This document shows, one piece after another, positions 8,944 through 18,478 of a DNA stretch of 64,000 bases. The number at the start of each line of letters is the position of its first letter. Positions within the stretch are counted from its first letter, which is position 1. The DNA is taken from IMG/VR virus record IMGVR_UViG_3300033076_001104; one strand, written 5' to 3'. The notes below the pieces were generated by a model. It was not told where the DNA came from. It saw only the letters and a program-made list of their open reading frames with translations, and made no database searches. Made by a program: the position numbers and the translations under genes. This DNA comes from an uncultured virus (IMG/VR IMGVR_UViG_3300033076_001104). Lineage: Duplodnaviria > Heunggongvirae > Uroviricota > Caudoviricetes.

Positions 8944-9762
8944 TTAACCTAAATTAATTAATGTTTCTTTTTCTGTTTCGATATCAGTGATATCATTTAT
9001 TGTGAAATGTAAAAACGGTTTATCGTTTTCAATATCATGAAATGTATATTCGTCATTTTCAACATTATAAATTCCAAAACCATGATGTTTCACAGTTTCT
9101 CCAAAATTTTGTTGTATCAACGAACCAATCATAATTGCTTTACCTCCACCAGGTAATTTAAATTGTTGTCTTTTATGAATGTCACCACAAAGAAGTAAAT
9201 CTAAATCAACAAAATTTAATCTATCATAACCATCTTCAAATTGGAATCCGATATCAGTTGACATTCCTTGAATTGGTCCGTGAAACAAACCAACATTAAA
9301 TAAACCCTCTTGTTTCTCAAAAGAAGGTCTTTCGTTATGTTGGTATAATGAGTAAACAACCCATTGAATGTTTTCATCAACATATGCACCACTATCTTTT
9401 AGATACGTTACATGTGTATTATTTAATAATTCAACAACAGGTGTGATACTATCTAATCTTTGTGTATTATTTTCTAAGAAGTCGTGATTACCCGGTATAA
9501 TGACAACTTTACCAAATTCAGTTAACTCTTTAATGAACCAACTAGTTAACATTAACTGTTCATTTGAAATGTTAATTTTTTGGTGTGCAATATCACCCGC
9601 AACCACAATTCTTATTTCATCCCAATTAACACCTTCTTCTGCCCATTCGTGTACCTTATTATTTAATTCGGTAAACAATTTTGTGAACTGTTCTTTATAC
9701 AAATCATGTAATTGAAAAGTTCTGATGTGTATATCAGCGATATGTATAATTCTTTTTACCAT
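8944..9762 (-). CDS. sbcD: Mre11/SbcD-like metallophosphoesterase nuclease (T4 gp47-like)
   Basis: IHIADIH, VAGDIAH, IPGNHD, LFHG, GDIHKRQ, GSLIQQNFGE. Confidence 0.92.
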   Translation of the reverse strand: MVKRIIHIADIHIRTFQLHDLYKEQFTKLFTELNNKVHEWAEEGVNWDEIRIVVAGDIAHQKINISNEQLMLTSWFIKELTEFGKVVIIPGNHDFLENNTQRLDSITPVVELLNNTHVTYLKDSGAYVDENIQWVVYSLYQHNERPSFEKQEGLFNVGLFHGPIQGMSTDIGFQFEDGYDRLNFVDLDLLLCGDIHKRQQFKLPGGGKAIMIGSLIQQNFGETVKHHGFGIYNVENDEYTFHDIENDKPFLHFTINDITDIETEKETLINLG

Positions 9763-10615
9763 AATTAATATATTTTGTTAAATCTAAATTCATTACTTTT
9801 TTATTTACGTCTTGCGGTACTTTATATTCCACATATGAACCATCATCTTTTAAAAGTACAATAACACAACCTAATAGTTTTAAATCTTCGTATTTTGTAC
9901 CCTTTAACATTTTTAACAACAATCTTGCATATAATGGCAATTGTAGATAATAATGGCCAAGTGCGGTATCATGATATTCATTGAATGGTGAATACATTTT
10001 TCCCGTATAATGTTGTACTTCAAAGTTTTTTGGTTGGTTGGTTTTCCAATCTGTAATAACTAAACCAAAACCTGTTTTTTCTTTATTATACATTAACCAT
10101 ACCTTATCTGGTTGTCCTGTGTATCCTAATTCATTATCACCCAACACAATTTCGGTATCAAGTAAAACCGCACCTCTCTCAATCATTAAATCTAGAAAGT
10201 TTTTACCTGCAGAAATCATATTGTCGCTTCTAACCAATTGTTCATCGGTACATTCAAAAATTGGTTGTCTAACCGATTTAAAATTATCAAAACGTGAAAT
10301 GGTGTCAATCTCCAATTCAAAGTGAACTCTACTACCCATATTAGTTGATAGTCTACCTAATTCTTTCCATTGTTCTTGAAGTTCTTGTGCCGCTTCGGGA
10401 TCTCCATTACACATTCTAAGTGCAGTACCTTCCGCATCAAATGGTTTGTGAAATTTCTTAATCAATTTAGAAACTGATGGAAACGTTTTTCTAAGTGTTC
10501 CATCGGTATCTCTCATGTAATAAATGTGTTCTTCTTCCACAAATGTTAAATCAAGTTGTTGTCTTCGTGTTTCTAACAACTCATTTATTTCTTTTGCAAT
10601 TTCTACTAAATTCAT
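9734..10615 (-). CDS. PD-(D/E)XK exonuclease (RecB/Cas4-like phage exonuclease)
   Basis: PSVSKLI, GSRVH, E...GQPD...ITDWKT, YYLQLPLY motifs. Confidence 0.8.
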   Translation of the reverse strand: MNLVEIAKEINELLETRRQQLDLTFVEEEHIYYMRDTDGTLRKTFPSVSKLIKKFHKPFDAEGTALRMCNGDPEAAQELQEQWKELGRLSTNMGSRVHFELEIDTISRFDNFKSVRQPIFECTDEQLVRSDNMISAGKNFLDLMIERGAVLLDTEIVLGDNELGYTGQPDKVWLMYNKEKTGFGLVITDWKTNQPKNFEVQHYTGKMYSPFNEYHDTALGHYYLQLPLYARLLLKMLKGTKYEDLKLLGCVIVLLKDDGSYVEYKVPQDVNKKVMNLDLTKYINYGKKNYTYR

Positions 10616-11553
10616 TAATCTAACTGTTTTAATTTATACTCACTTAAATCTCCTTTCAAGTCAGCAATATCTTTATCTCCTTCTAATTTTACCACCCAAA
10701 CTTTACCCATTAACTTACCACAATTTAATTTGTGAAATAATTTTTCTGAATCATTCCACGCGTCGGGGTCTAAAACAATTATAACCTTTTTGGCCGAACT
10801 ATAAAGTTTATCAAAAAGATTTTGTGTCATAAACTTACCTAACATCGGTATTGAGTTTTCTAAAAAAATAGAATCGAATGCACCTTCAACAATGTATACA
10901 GGTTCATCCCATTTGATTAAATGTTCATTCCATATTAGTGTTTCCTTATCCACCTCAGGATTTTTATATTTCATTTTAGTTTTTGATAGGTAAGAACGTG
11001 CAATGAAATAATTTAATTTATCGTTTGAGTCATATGATGGAATAATTATTCTATTTTCATATGGACCTTGATAACAAAATCCGATATTGAATTTCTCAAT
11101 CATTTCATCGGTGATATTTCTACTTTTAATGTAGTTAAATGCTTGTTTATATTGTGGTGTCAGTTTGAGTCCTAAAGTGACACTTTTGAACGGAATAAAT
11201 TCATTTGGTAATCTAACCTGTTTGTACGATTTTTTTGGTGAATCGTTATCATCAGGTCTTAAAAGATTATATTTTTTTAATTGTTTGGGATTACCGTATT
11301 TTTTAATCAGTTTATATAATGAACCGTGTGTTTCATGAGTTTCGGCACATACCCAACATTTAAAAACATTATGTTTATAGTTAACCTCCAAATTACCTTT
11401 ACCATCACCGTGGTCTAAACCCTTAATATCGTATGAACATACGGGACAATCGAAGGATATTTGTCCTCGGTAATCATTGTGCATCTTATAATCACCTAGA
11501 ATATCTTCTAAAATATCAACAACAGCGGAGTAATCTATTTCTTGTTCAGTCAT
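10615..11553 (-). CDS. dnaG: DNA primase (DnaG-like, zinc-binding + TOPRIM)
   Basis: CPVC...CWVC zinc domain, YIKSRNI, RIIIP, YFIAR, KYKNP, IVEGAFD, LDPDA, KDIAD. Start moved to MTEQEID (11553). Confidence 0.88.
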   Translation of the reverse strand: MTEQEIDYSAVVDILEDILGDYKMHNDYRGQISFDCPVCSYDIKGLDHGDGKGNLEVNYKHNVFKCWVCAETHETHGSLYKLIKKYGNPKQLKKYNLLRPDDNDSPKKSYKQVRLPNEFIPFKSVTLGLKLTPQYKQAFNYIKSRNITDEMIEKFNIGFCYQGPYENRIIIPSYDSNDKLNYFIARSYLSKTKMKYKNPEVDKETLIWNEHLIKWDEPVYIVEGAFDSIFLENSIPMLGKFMTQNLFDKLYSSAKKVIIVLDPDAWNDSEKLFHKLNCGKLMGKVWVVKLEGDKDIADLKGDLSEYKLKQLD

Positions 11554-11584
11554 GGTTAGAAATAATATAAGTAAAAAAAACCGC

Positions 11585-11619
11585 AAAAAAAAATCCCCGG
11601 GTACACCACCCCCCGGGGA
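11585..11619 (-). terminator. Strong rho-independent terminator
   Basis: Minus strand TCCCCGGG-N10-CCCGGGGA followed by T9. Confidence 0.85.
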
Positions 11620-11658
11620 ACCAACTAAACATGTATTTCTACATATTCCGTCCTACCT
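11585..11658 (-). ncRNA. Candidate small structured RNA (about 70 nt)
   Basis: TATTTATTA box immediately upstream, GAAA-capped hairpin GAATATGTA-GAAA-TACATGTTT, then the terminator; no credible ORF. Confidence 0.35.
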
Positions 11659-11693
11659 TAATAAATATACACTTTTAAACTTTCAAAAAAAAA

Positions 11694-12311
11694 TTACTTC
11701 TCGTTTTTTTCTGATTTAATCATATTAATATATCCAATAACCGCAGTTGCAGCGTCGGCCATATCATAATTTTCTTTTTTTAGGTTACCAGTTTTACCAT
11801 ATAACCAATTAACATCAGAACAAACAGAATTTACGTGTTCCCAAATTACATGTTTTTTATCAATGTCTTTAGGATAACCACCAAATAATACATTACGATT
11901 CTTATCGTTCTTACCAACTAAATCAGGGAACGCGAATTTTCTTGCGTTATATGTTGAGATGAATGTTGGTAACACACCTAAAATATCGTAACAATTTTTT
12001 AAAATTAAAGTATTGTAACGTAATAGTGTACCAACTGTATAAATGTTATTTGATTGTAATAAAGGTTCCTCAATAATAACACGAGTGATTCCCATGTCTT
12101 TATATCCTTCAAGATGTTTTTTAAACGCATCCGCCTTCTTAATTAATTCCTCAATCTTATCTTCAGGTTGTGGTTTAATCTTTGGAGAAAAGTGAGTTAA
12201 CTCTAATAATTTGGACCCTGTTATATCAAACAACGCCCATCCAATTGTTTTAGTGGAAATATCTAACCCTAAAATCTTTGGCTTGTTCTTAAATTTAATA
12301 TCTATACTCAT
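11694..12311 (-). CDS. ruvC: RuvC-like Holliday junction resolvase
   Basis: ILGLDISTKTIGWA, VIIEEP, DMADA acidic RNase H-fold motifs. Confidence 0.8.
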   Translation of the reverse strand: MSIDIKFKNKPKILGLDISTKTIGWALFDITGSKLLELTHFSPKIKPQPEDKIEELIKKADAFKKHLEGYKDMGITRVIIEEPLLQSNNIYTVGTLLRYNTLILKNCYDILGVLPTFISTYNARKFAFPDLVGKNDKNRNVLFGGYPKDIDKKHVIWEHVNSVCSDVNWLYGKTGNLKKENYDMADAATAVIGYINMIKSEKNEK

Positions 12312-12349
12312 ATCAAAATATATAAGTAATATTTTTCGATAAGTAAATA

Positions 12350-14500
12350 TTAAAAATCTAATCTAATTGAAAAAACTTGAGCACCGCTTCTTTTAACGGG
12401 TATTGCTGTTTTACTTTTTACTAAAGGTTCTTTATTAAAATCTAATAATGTCACTTCAGTAATGTATTTATCACCCGATGTGTATGTTGGATTTTGTGTT
12501 TCGGTAAATTGAGTTGCCGGTAAATTTACTAAGAAATTCATTTGTTCAATATCCGATGCTCTTACAAGTCTAATACTACCAGGGAATGGTTGTTCATCAC
12601 CAAATTGTGAATCTGTAGTTGTACCTGATAATAAATAATTTGAACCCATATAGTTTTCTAAATCAAAGAAATCCGCATTATCATAATCATCTTTTGTGAT
12701 TGTAAATGTTGTTCCTGTTAAGTTAGATGGTGTCAAATATGTTGAACCATTACCAAGTACATCTATAACTTTCCATTCGTTAGGATTTGGTAATTGTTCG
12801 GTATTGTCTGTTGTCTCTTGTACTAAAATTTTAAAATACTTTCCACTAAATTCTTCCATAAATCCATCTGCGTTCATGTAGTTAAATGTGTCACCACTAA
12901 ATTTAACATTAATGTTAGATGGATATGTTACCGTTTGATATGTGGTATCTCCTGTATTATTTATTGAGAGTTTTACGTAATAGTTACTTGGTAATGTGTT
13001 TAATGGAGATGGTGTACCGTCAGTATATGATAACATATACGTCACATAAAATGTTTGTCCTGTTGTTCCTGAAATAATTGAATTTGCAACGGTACCATTA
13101 CTTGGTACTGCGGTTACTTTAGGTGCACCTAATGTGAATTTTCTATTACTTCTGTAATCTAAGATGGCAACTAATTCTTGGTCATCAAAAACTACTATTT
13201 TATTTTTAGGAAATACCTTACCAACTTTATTACCCGATTCATCTAAAAGATATCTAAACAATGTTTCATGTCTTTCACTCTTAGTTGATCTAACGAAATA
13301 ATCAACGGTGTCCATATAGAAAATTGCACCGTATGTTGTGCCAGTATTTCTATGATAATATATAAACGGAATATAAACTTCAAAATATGATGTGTCACTA
13401 ATTTCTTCCCCATCTCTATCAAATGCCAATGATGTTAATTCACCATTATCATGACTAATATAGTCATCATATTTGTAAAATCTTTCAGGGTCATTAACTA
13501 AATCACCTAATTCTGAATAATGTATAATTGCAATTGTTCTTTGTTCTTTAGGTGAAACTTCAATTAATTCATCAAATGAATTAAGATATCCAGAACCAAC
13601 ACTTGTAGAACTAAAGTCACCAATTGTTCCACCTGTTAAGTTTTCAAATGTTTGACCTGTTGATGTATAACCTAAGAATTCTTTTGTTGATACAAATCTG
13701 TTTCCAGTGTAACCCGATAAACTTTCATTAATATTTGGAACATCGGCACCTATAGGTTTTTTATCCCAAACTATATCTAAAGTCCATGCATTTTGTTGGT
13801 CTAATGGGTCAATTGGTGCAGGTAAACAAACACCCGATACCTCATTTGTAAATTCTAATTCACATTTATTACAAACAATTTGTACATTACCAACTAAGTT
13901 AGTAAAGTTAGGAGTGTTTCTATCTAAATTTAGAACATTACCCGAAATACTTTCTATTTTATAAATTAAACTAATTGAATTACCTGTTACTGTTGGTGTT
14001 GTTGAACAAAATTCATCAAATACCACAGTAATAAATTCACAATTTTGATACGCACTTGCATTGTTAACAACAATTGAAGATGTACCGTTTAAAGATGTTA
14101 TACTAATACTTTGTGTTTCACATTGTATTGTTGTTGAACTCACTGTTGGGTCTGAACAAGATTGGAATTGATTAAATTCTGAAATATATCCAGCTGGTCC
14201 CATTACGTTTCTAATCGTATCTGTTGTTGACTGTTGTATTGGTACCCCGTATGTTGTACCACTAACAGATGAATCTATTTTATATGGGTATTTTATACTA
14301 TTTTCCTTATCAAAGGGAGAAAGAACTTTCTGATGAGTTGTCTGTCCTGTTAATCCGCCATATAACGTATTGTAGTCAAATTCAGAATCTCCAATTTGAA
14401 AATATTCAATAATGAAATTACCTTTAGCAATAGAATTTCTACCCTTTTGGGTTATTCTTGCCGATAAAAATTCCGAATTACTACTATCTAAAAAACTCAT
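12350..14500 (-). CDS. Virion structural protein (tail/baseplate-associated, unknown function)
   Basis: 716 aa, S/T/G-rich beta-type composition, last gene of the structural cluster, TATTTATA box 4 nt upstream of ATG. Confidence 0.55.
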   Translation of the reverse strand: MSFLDSSNSEFLSARITQKGRNSIAKGNFIIEYFQIGDSEFDYNTLYGGLTGQTTHQKVLSPFDKENSIKYPYKIDSSVSGTTYGVPIQQSTTDTIRNVMGPAGYISEFNQFQSCSDPTVSSTTIQCETQSISITSLNGTSSIVVNNASAYQNCEFITVVFDEFCSTTPTVTGNSISLIYKIESISGNVLNLDRNTPNFTNLVGNVQIVCNKCELEFTNEVSGVCLPAPIDPLDQQNAWTLDIVWDKKPIGADVPNINESLSGYTGNRFVSTKEFLGYTSTGQTFENLTGGTIGDFSSTSVGSGYLNSFDELIEVSPKEQRTIAIIHYSELGDLVNDPERFYKYDDYISHDNGELTSLAFDRDGEEISDTSYFEVYIPFIYYHRNTGTTYGAIFYMDTVDYFVRSTKSERHETLFRYLLDESGNKVGKVFPKNKIVVFDDQELVAILDYRSNRKFTLGAPKVTAVPSNGTVANSIISGTTGQTFYVTYMLSYTDGTPSPLNTLPSNYYVKLSINNTGDTTYQTVTYPSNINVKFSGDTFNYMNADGFMEEFSGKYFKILVQETTDNTEQLPNPNEWKVIDVLGNGSTYLTPSNLTGTTFTITKDDYDNADFFDLENYMGSNYLLSGTTTDSQFGDEQPFPGSIRLVRASDIEQMNFLVNLPATQFTETQNPTYTSGDKYITEVTLLDFNKEPLVKSKTAIPVKRSGAQVFSIRLDF

Positions 14501-14504
14501 ATGT

Positions 14505-14512
14505 TATAAATA
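14505..14512 (-). promoter_or_regulatory. TATTTATA putative late promoter box
   Basis: 4 nt upstream of the ATG at 14500; recurrent motif. Confidence 0.6.
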
Positions 14513-14525
14513 TATTTTTTTAATT

Positions 14526-16106
14526 TTAATTACATGGTCCGCTGGCGGTACAAGAATCAAATATTGCGATTATACCATTATTACCTATTCTACCATATGA
14601 TGAACCATCAGTATAATAGAACATATTTCCGTCGAATATACCATCAACAGGACCCAAAGGACCAACATATGCTATCTCACCATCACCTAATACACCACTT
14701 TCCGTGTAAATTGTTGTATCTGGTGATGTTCCCATTGTATTAAATTCATAACACGCCGAACTTTGATTACTACAATCTCCAGGTGAACCTTTCAATATAT
14801 TAACTTGGTAATACGAAGTTAACGGTGTCGGAGTTAATGTTGGGGTTATTGTTGGTGTTGGGGTTATTTGTGTTCCTGTACATTGAGTCCAATCTTGTAT
14901 TTCACCAGCACTTGTAATATATGCAACATATTGATATTGACTACCTCCATTGGTATACAAAATTGCATACCATTTATTTCCTCCATTTACCGGTGTTCCA
15001 CTTGATGCACTTTCATATAAAGTATATATTGTTCCAGGAGTGATACTTGAACCGTCAACATAACCAATTAATTGAGTATAACCTCCCGGTAACTGATATG
15101 GGTATTTACCACATGCATCTGTTTTAATATCGTTCAATGTTGGGCCAGGTTCTGTTGACCATCCAGTAATTGTTATTGTTCTATTGGTTGTTCCACCACC
15201 ACCTCCACCGGTATCAGGACATCCTGTTAAACCTGTAGATGTTACAGTATATTTCGTTCCACCCGGATCAATTGTTGTTGAACCAACCACTACATAGAAG
15301 TAATTTGTACTCCCTTCAACTCTTTCACCCGAATTAAATGTTCCCACACCATCCGAATAAACGTCATAATCCCCATTTAAATAACCCGGCTGACCCACCA
15401 TATCACATGGTCTTAATTGGTAATATACTATATCCAATGAACCATCGGTTATTGTAACTTCATTAGATGTTGCCAAAATTGTACCCGATGAACTTCCACT
15501 TCTAAGTTGTAATTTAAATTTCTCTGTCCCTTCTGTTTTATGATCTTCAGCCAATGAGAATGCAAATTCTTGTCCTGAATACAATATAACAGGACTCGAT
15601 GGGAAATTACTTTGAAAATCCGCACTATCCACTGTACCAACAGTACTTAATATTGTAACATAGAATTGTTGTGGATATGTTGGGTCTGTTGATGTTATAA
15701 TTGCACCATATGCACCTCCTCCATCATCAGCGGTGGTCGGACTTAAAGTTATACTATATTCATACGATGTTCCACCACCCGAAGAACCTCCACCGTCAGG
15801 TGTTAATGTAGGTGTGATAGTTGGTGTTATTGTTGGGGTTGGTGTAACGTTATTGTTTTGTTGTGGTGGTTGTATATATAAACATTGTGTTTGTCCCGCA
15901 CAACTTCCTCCAACAGACTGAATATGAACGTAGGTCATACTGTTGGTGAAACCACCAACAACCTTAGGGAATGAACTGACCAATTCAGACGCAGAAATTG
16001 ACGTACAACCAGTACATTCATTTGATGAATTAATACCTGTACATCCTGAAATTGCTACGGTTGTGATATCTGAACCAACTGTTCCTAAATTTATGTTTAC
16101 ATTCAT
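14526..16106 (-). CDS. Modular virion appendage/fibre protein with TP tracts and a Calx-beta-like domain
   Basis: Two TPTPTITPT tracts, Gly linkers, EGTEKFKLQLRSGSSSGTILATSNEVTITD resembling Calx-beta, Cys-rich modules. Confidence 0.6.
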   Translation of the reverse strand: MNVNINLGTVGSDITTVAISGCTGINSSNECTGCTSISASELVSSFPKVVGGFTNSMTYVHIQSVGGSCAGQTQCLYIQPPQQNNNVTPTPTITPTITPTLTPDGGGSSGGGTSYEYSITLSPTTADDGGGAYGAIITSTDPTYPQQFYVTILSTVGTVDSADFQSNFPSSPVILYSGQEFAFSLAEDHKTEGTEKFKLQLRSGSSSGTILATSNEVTITDGSLDIVYYQLRPCDMVGQPGYLNGDYDVYSDGVGTFNSGERVEGSTNYFYVVVGSTTIDPGGTKYTVTSTGLTGCPDTGGGGGGTTNRTITITGWSTEPGPTLNDIKTDACGKYPYQLPGGYTQLIGYVDGSSITPGTIYTLYESASSGTPVNGGNKWYAILYTNGGSQYQYVAYITSAGEIQDWTQCTGTQITPTPTITPTLTPTPLTSYYQVNILKGSPGDCSNQSSACYEFNTMGTSPDTTIYTESGVLGDGEIAYVGPLGPVDGIFDGNMFYYTDGSSYGRIGNNGIIAIFDSCTASGPCN

Positions 16107-16110
16107 ATTC

Positions 16111-16118
16111 TATAAATA
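16111..16118 (-). promoter_or_regulatory. TATTTATA putative late promoter box
   Basis: 4 nt upstream of the ATG at 16106. Confidence 0.6.
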
Positions 16119-16123
16119 TTGTT

Positions 16124-16765
16124 TTATCTATTTGTATGTGTTAAAAAATAGTTTTCGTCATTTTCTAAAAACTCATTAACACTAAATGTTGTTATAGTAA
16201 TTGGGTTTGGATTATTTTGAACTTTATTAATCATTTTATCCTTATGTATAATTGTTCCATAATTTCCTTGGATAAGATATTGACTCAAACTAATTATTCC
16301 TTGTTTATTTCTCAAATCCAATTCTTCGACACTTTCTCCAATTTGTTTTCTTATGTGTCCTACTTTTTTATGTATGATATTTTGTTGTAAGAAACCATTA
16401 TTTGTCATACCTGAATATGTTAAATTTTCAGGTCTTGTTTCATACCACATTGGGTCTATTAACATGTGTAAATTATTTAATGACAAATCTGTCATATAAT
16501 TTAAATCTTCTTCGAGTTTTTCATTTGTTTGTGTACCACCAACTAAAGAAATATCAAAATCCCAAGTGGTATTGAAATCAAATAAAACTCCACCCATAAT
16601 ATAGACATCGTAATTGTTTAAAATATCCGTATCATTTTTAAGATTAATTAAAAATGTCTTTATCTTATTATAGGTAGGTCTTCCCCACGGTATGGTAGTT
16701 GAAACCAAACCTCTTTGGTATAAAAAGATTTCCCCATCAATTGCAGTATTATTGAATCTTGTCAT
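16124..16765 (-). CDS. Hypothetical protein with Pol-beta-type nucleotidyltransferase-like motif
   Basis: YIMGGVLFDFNTTWDFDISL matches hG[GS]x(9-13)DhD; third acidic residue candidate in LIDP. Confidence 0.5.
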   Translation of the reverse strand: MTRFNNTAIDGEIFLYQRGLVSTTIPWGRPTYNKIKTFLINLKNDTDILNNYDVYIMGGVLFDFNTTWDFDISLVGGTQTNEKLEEDLNYMTDLSLNNLHMLIDPMWYETRPENLTYSGMTNNGFLQQNIIHKKVGHIRKQIGESVEELDLRNKQGIISLSQYLIQGNYGTIIHKDKMINKVQNNPNPITITTFSVNEFLENDENYFLTHTNR

Positions 16766-16777
16766 ATGGTTTTAATT

Positions 16778-17770
16778 TTAGGATCCACCTCCACTACCTC
16801 CACCACTGCCACCGCTGGTACATGACAATAAACAGTCTTGTTGTGTTGGGTAATATCCGTTAATTACGTATGTACAATTTCCAGCGCCATCACAATCCCA
16901 ACCATATGTTGGAGGTGGCGGTGTACAATTATTTAAACAATCTTGTTGTGTTGCATATGTACCATTTAAAACATAGGTACAGTTTCCATTACCATCACAA
17001 CTCCAACCATAGTTACATGATGCACCAGGTGTAAAAGGACCTTGTCCACTTAATGTTCCGGCTTGAGCACACGTTATATTAAATGTGTCGCCTAATGATA
17101 CAAATGCCGATTGTGGTAAACCACCACAATCAGTCCAATAAATGGTTCCACCGGCCATTGCGGTATATGTGTAATCATAACATCCTAAATTAGGAGGTGT
17201 TAATGTTGGTGTAATAGTTGGAGTTATTGTCAACGTAGGTGTAATTGTTAACGTCGGTGTTACTGTCAATGTAGGCGTTACTGTCAATGTAGGTGTAATA
17301 GTTGGTGTTGGTGTTGGATTCGAACTTGTTTCTGACGCTGAACCACCCGTAAATGTACAATCTACAAAAATTGTTGGTGTTATCGTTAAAGTAGGTGTTA
17401 ACGTTGGTGTATGTGTTGGTGTTATTGTAATTGTAGGGGTTGGTGTTGGGGTTGGGATACAACTCTCATAAAAAACTCTTTCATGAATATAAATGTTTTC
17501 AATTATATATGAATTAGTAACCGTATCTAACAATTTAAACCAATATTGTTTACCAAATGGATTTGTATCAATTCCCACACATGTTGTACCTGTACAACTT
17601 ACGAATTCGATTGGGATAGATGTCGTGGTATTTGGGTATACGGAACCATATTGTGTTCCCCAAGAAGGGTCTGCCTGTTCAGATGATGAACCCGGTGTTC
17701 TTCCTTCTTTGTAAAACAATTTGAAATTGTTTGATACTTGAATATTTTTAATCTCAATAATTAATCCCAT
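16778..17770 (-). CDS. Virion appendage protein with TP tracts and tandem Cys-rich repeats
   Basis: Two TP tracts; two copies of YGWxCDGxGNCTYVxNGxYxTQQDCLxxCT. Confidence 0.6.
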   Translation of the reverse strand: MGLIIEIKNIQVSNNFKLFYKEGRTPGSSSEQADPSWGTQYGSVYPNTTTSIPIEFVSCTGTTCVGIDTNPFGKQYWFKLLDTVTNSYIIENIYIHERVFYESCIPTPTPTPTITITPTHTPTLTPTLTITPTIFVDCTFTGGSASETSSNPTPTPTITPTLTVTPTLTVTPTLTITPTLTITPTITPTLTPPNLGCYDYTYTAMAGGTIYWTDCGGLPQSAFVSLGDTFNITCAQAGTLSGQGPFTPGASCNYGWSCDGNGNCTYVLNGTYATQQDCLNNCTPPPPTYGWDCDGAGNCTYVINGYYPTQQDCLLSCTSGGSGGGSGGGS

Positions 17771-17775
17771 ACCTA

Positions 17776-17783
17776 TATAAATA
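17776..17783 (-). promoter_or_regulatory. TATTTATA putative late promoter box
   Basis: 5 nt upstream of the ATG at 17770, just after a terminator. Confidence 0.6.
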
Positions 17784-17802
17784 CCCGTAATAAAATTTAA
17801 AT

Positions 17803-17827
17803 AAAAAACCCCTTTTAATAAAGGGGT
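17803..17827 (-). terminator. Rho-independent terminator
   Basis: Minus strand ACCCCTTT-ATTA-AAAGGGGT followed by TTTTT. Confidence 0.65.
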
Positions 17828-17854
17828 AAATTATATTATGATAAAATTTATATT

Positions 17855-18430
17855 TTAATATATAATATCGCTATTAATTGTAATTGCAACTGAGTCCGGT
17901 GAAGGTGTGTTAATTGTTGTTACATATTCAAATCCCGACGGTATAGATGGTGGACACGATGTTGTATTATCGGTACCATTCATTACACAACCTGTCGATG
18001 TTCCAAATTTCACCATATAACCTTGTTCTAACCCTGTTATTGTATATAAAAGTGAACATGTACCCGGTAATGGACTCATAGTGTAACCAGGAACGTTAAC
18101 ATTACTACCCCAAGTATTTCCACCATCAGTACTTATTGAATAAAAAAGTACAATACTAGATGGGGTATTTGCAACATCTCTACCATAAACAGTTAACCAC
18201 ATTGATGGTTTTGTCCATGTTGCGGTTGTTGTACATGTACCTAAACTTTGTACCGTACCACCTGTAATTGTGTTATCTTGGATGGTTAATTCATAACCAC
18301 CAACTAATGTTGATTTTGGTATGTTTCCTTCTATTAATGTTGTTACACCTCCGGATGTTGTACCTGAAATATCAAACGGTCCCGTATCTGATCCCGCTCC
18401 TGAAACTGTGAAATATACGTTATATGCCAT
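17855..18430 (-). CDS. Small virion appendage protein (shares N-terminal module with neighbours)
   Basis: 191 aa, T/G/S-rich; N-terminal GSDTGPFDIS module. Confidence 0.55.
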   Translation of the reverse strand: MAYNVYFTVSGAGSDTGPFDISGTTSGGVTTLIEGNIPKSTLVGGYELTIQDNTITGGTVQSLGTCTTTATWTKPSMWLTVYGRDVANTPSSIVLFYSISTDGGNTWGSNVNVPGYTMSPLPGTCSLLYTITGLEQGYMVKFGTSTGCVMNGTDNTTSCPPSIPSGFEYVTTINTPSPDSVAITINSDIIY

Positions 18431-18452
18431 ATAATTTTATTTTAATCTTTTA

Positions 18453-18460
18453 TATAAATA
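18453..18460 (-). promoter_or_regulatory. TATTTATA putative late promoter box
   Basis: 22 nt upstream of the ATG at 18430. Confidence 0.55.
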
Positions 18461-18478
18461 TCTGTTTATTTTAATTTA

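Noticed and set aside
9734..10615. Cas4 as part of a CRISPR adaptation module
   Set aside because: It lacks the Fe-S cysteine cluster and has no cas1 or array nearby; an ordinary phage PD-(D/E)XK exonuclease fits better.
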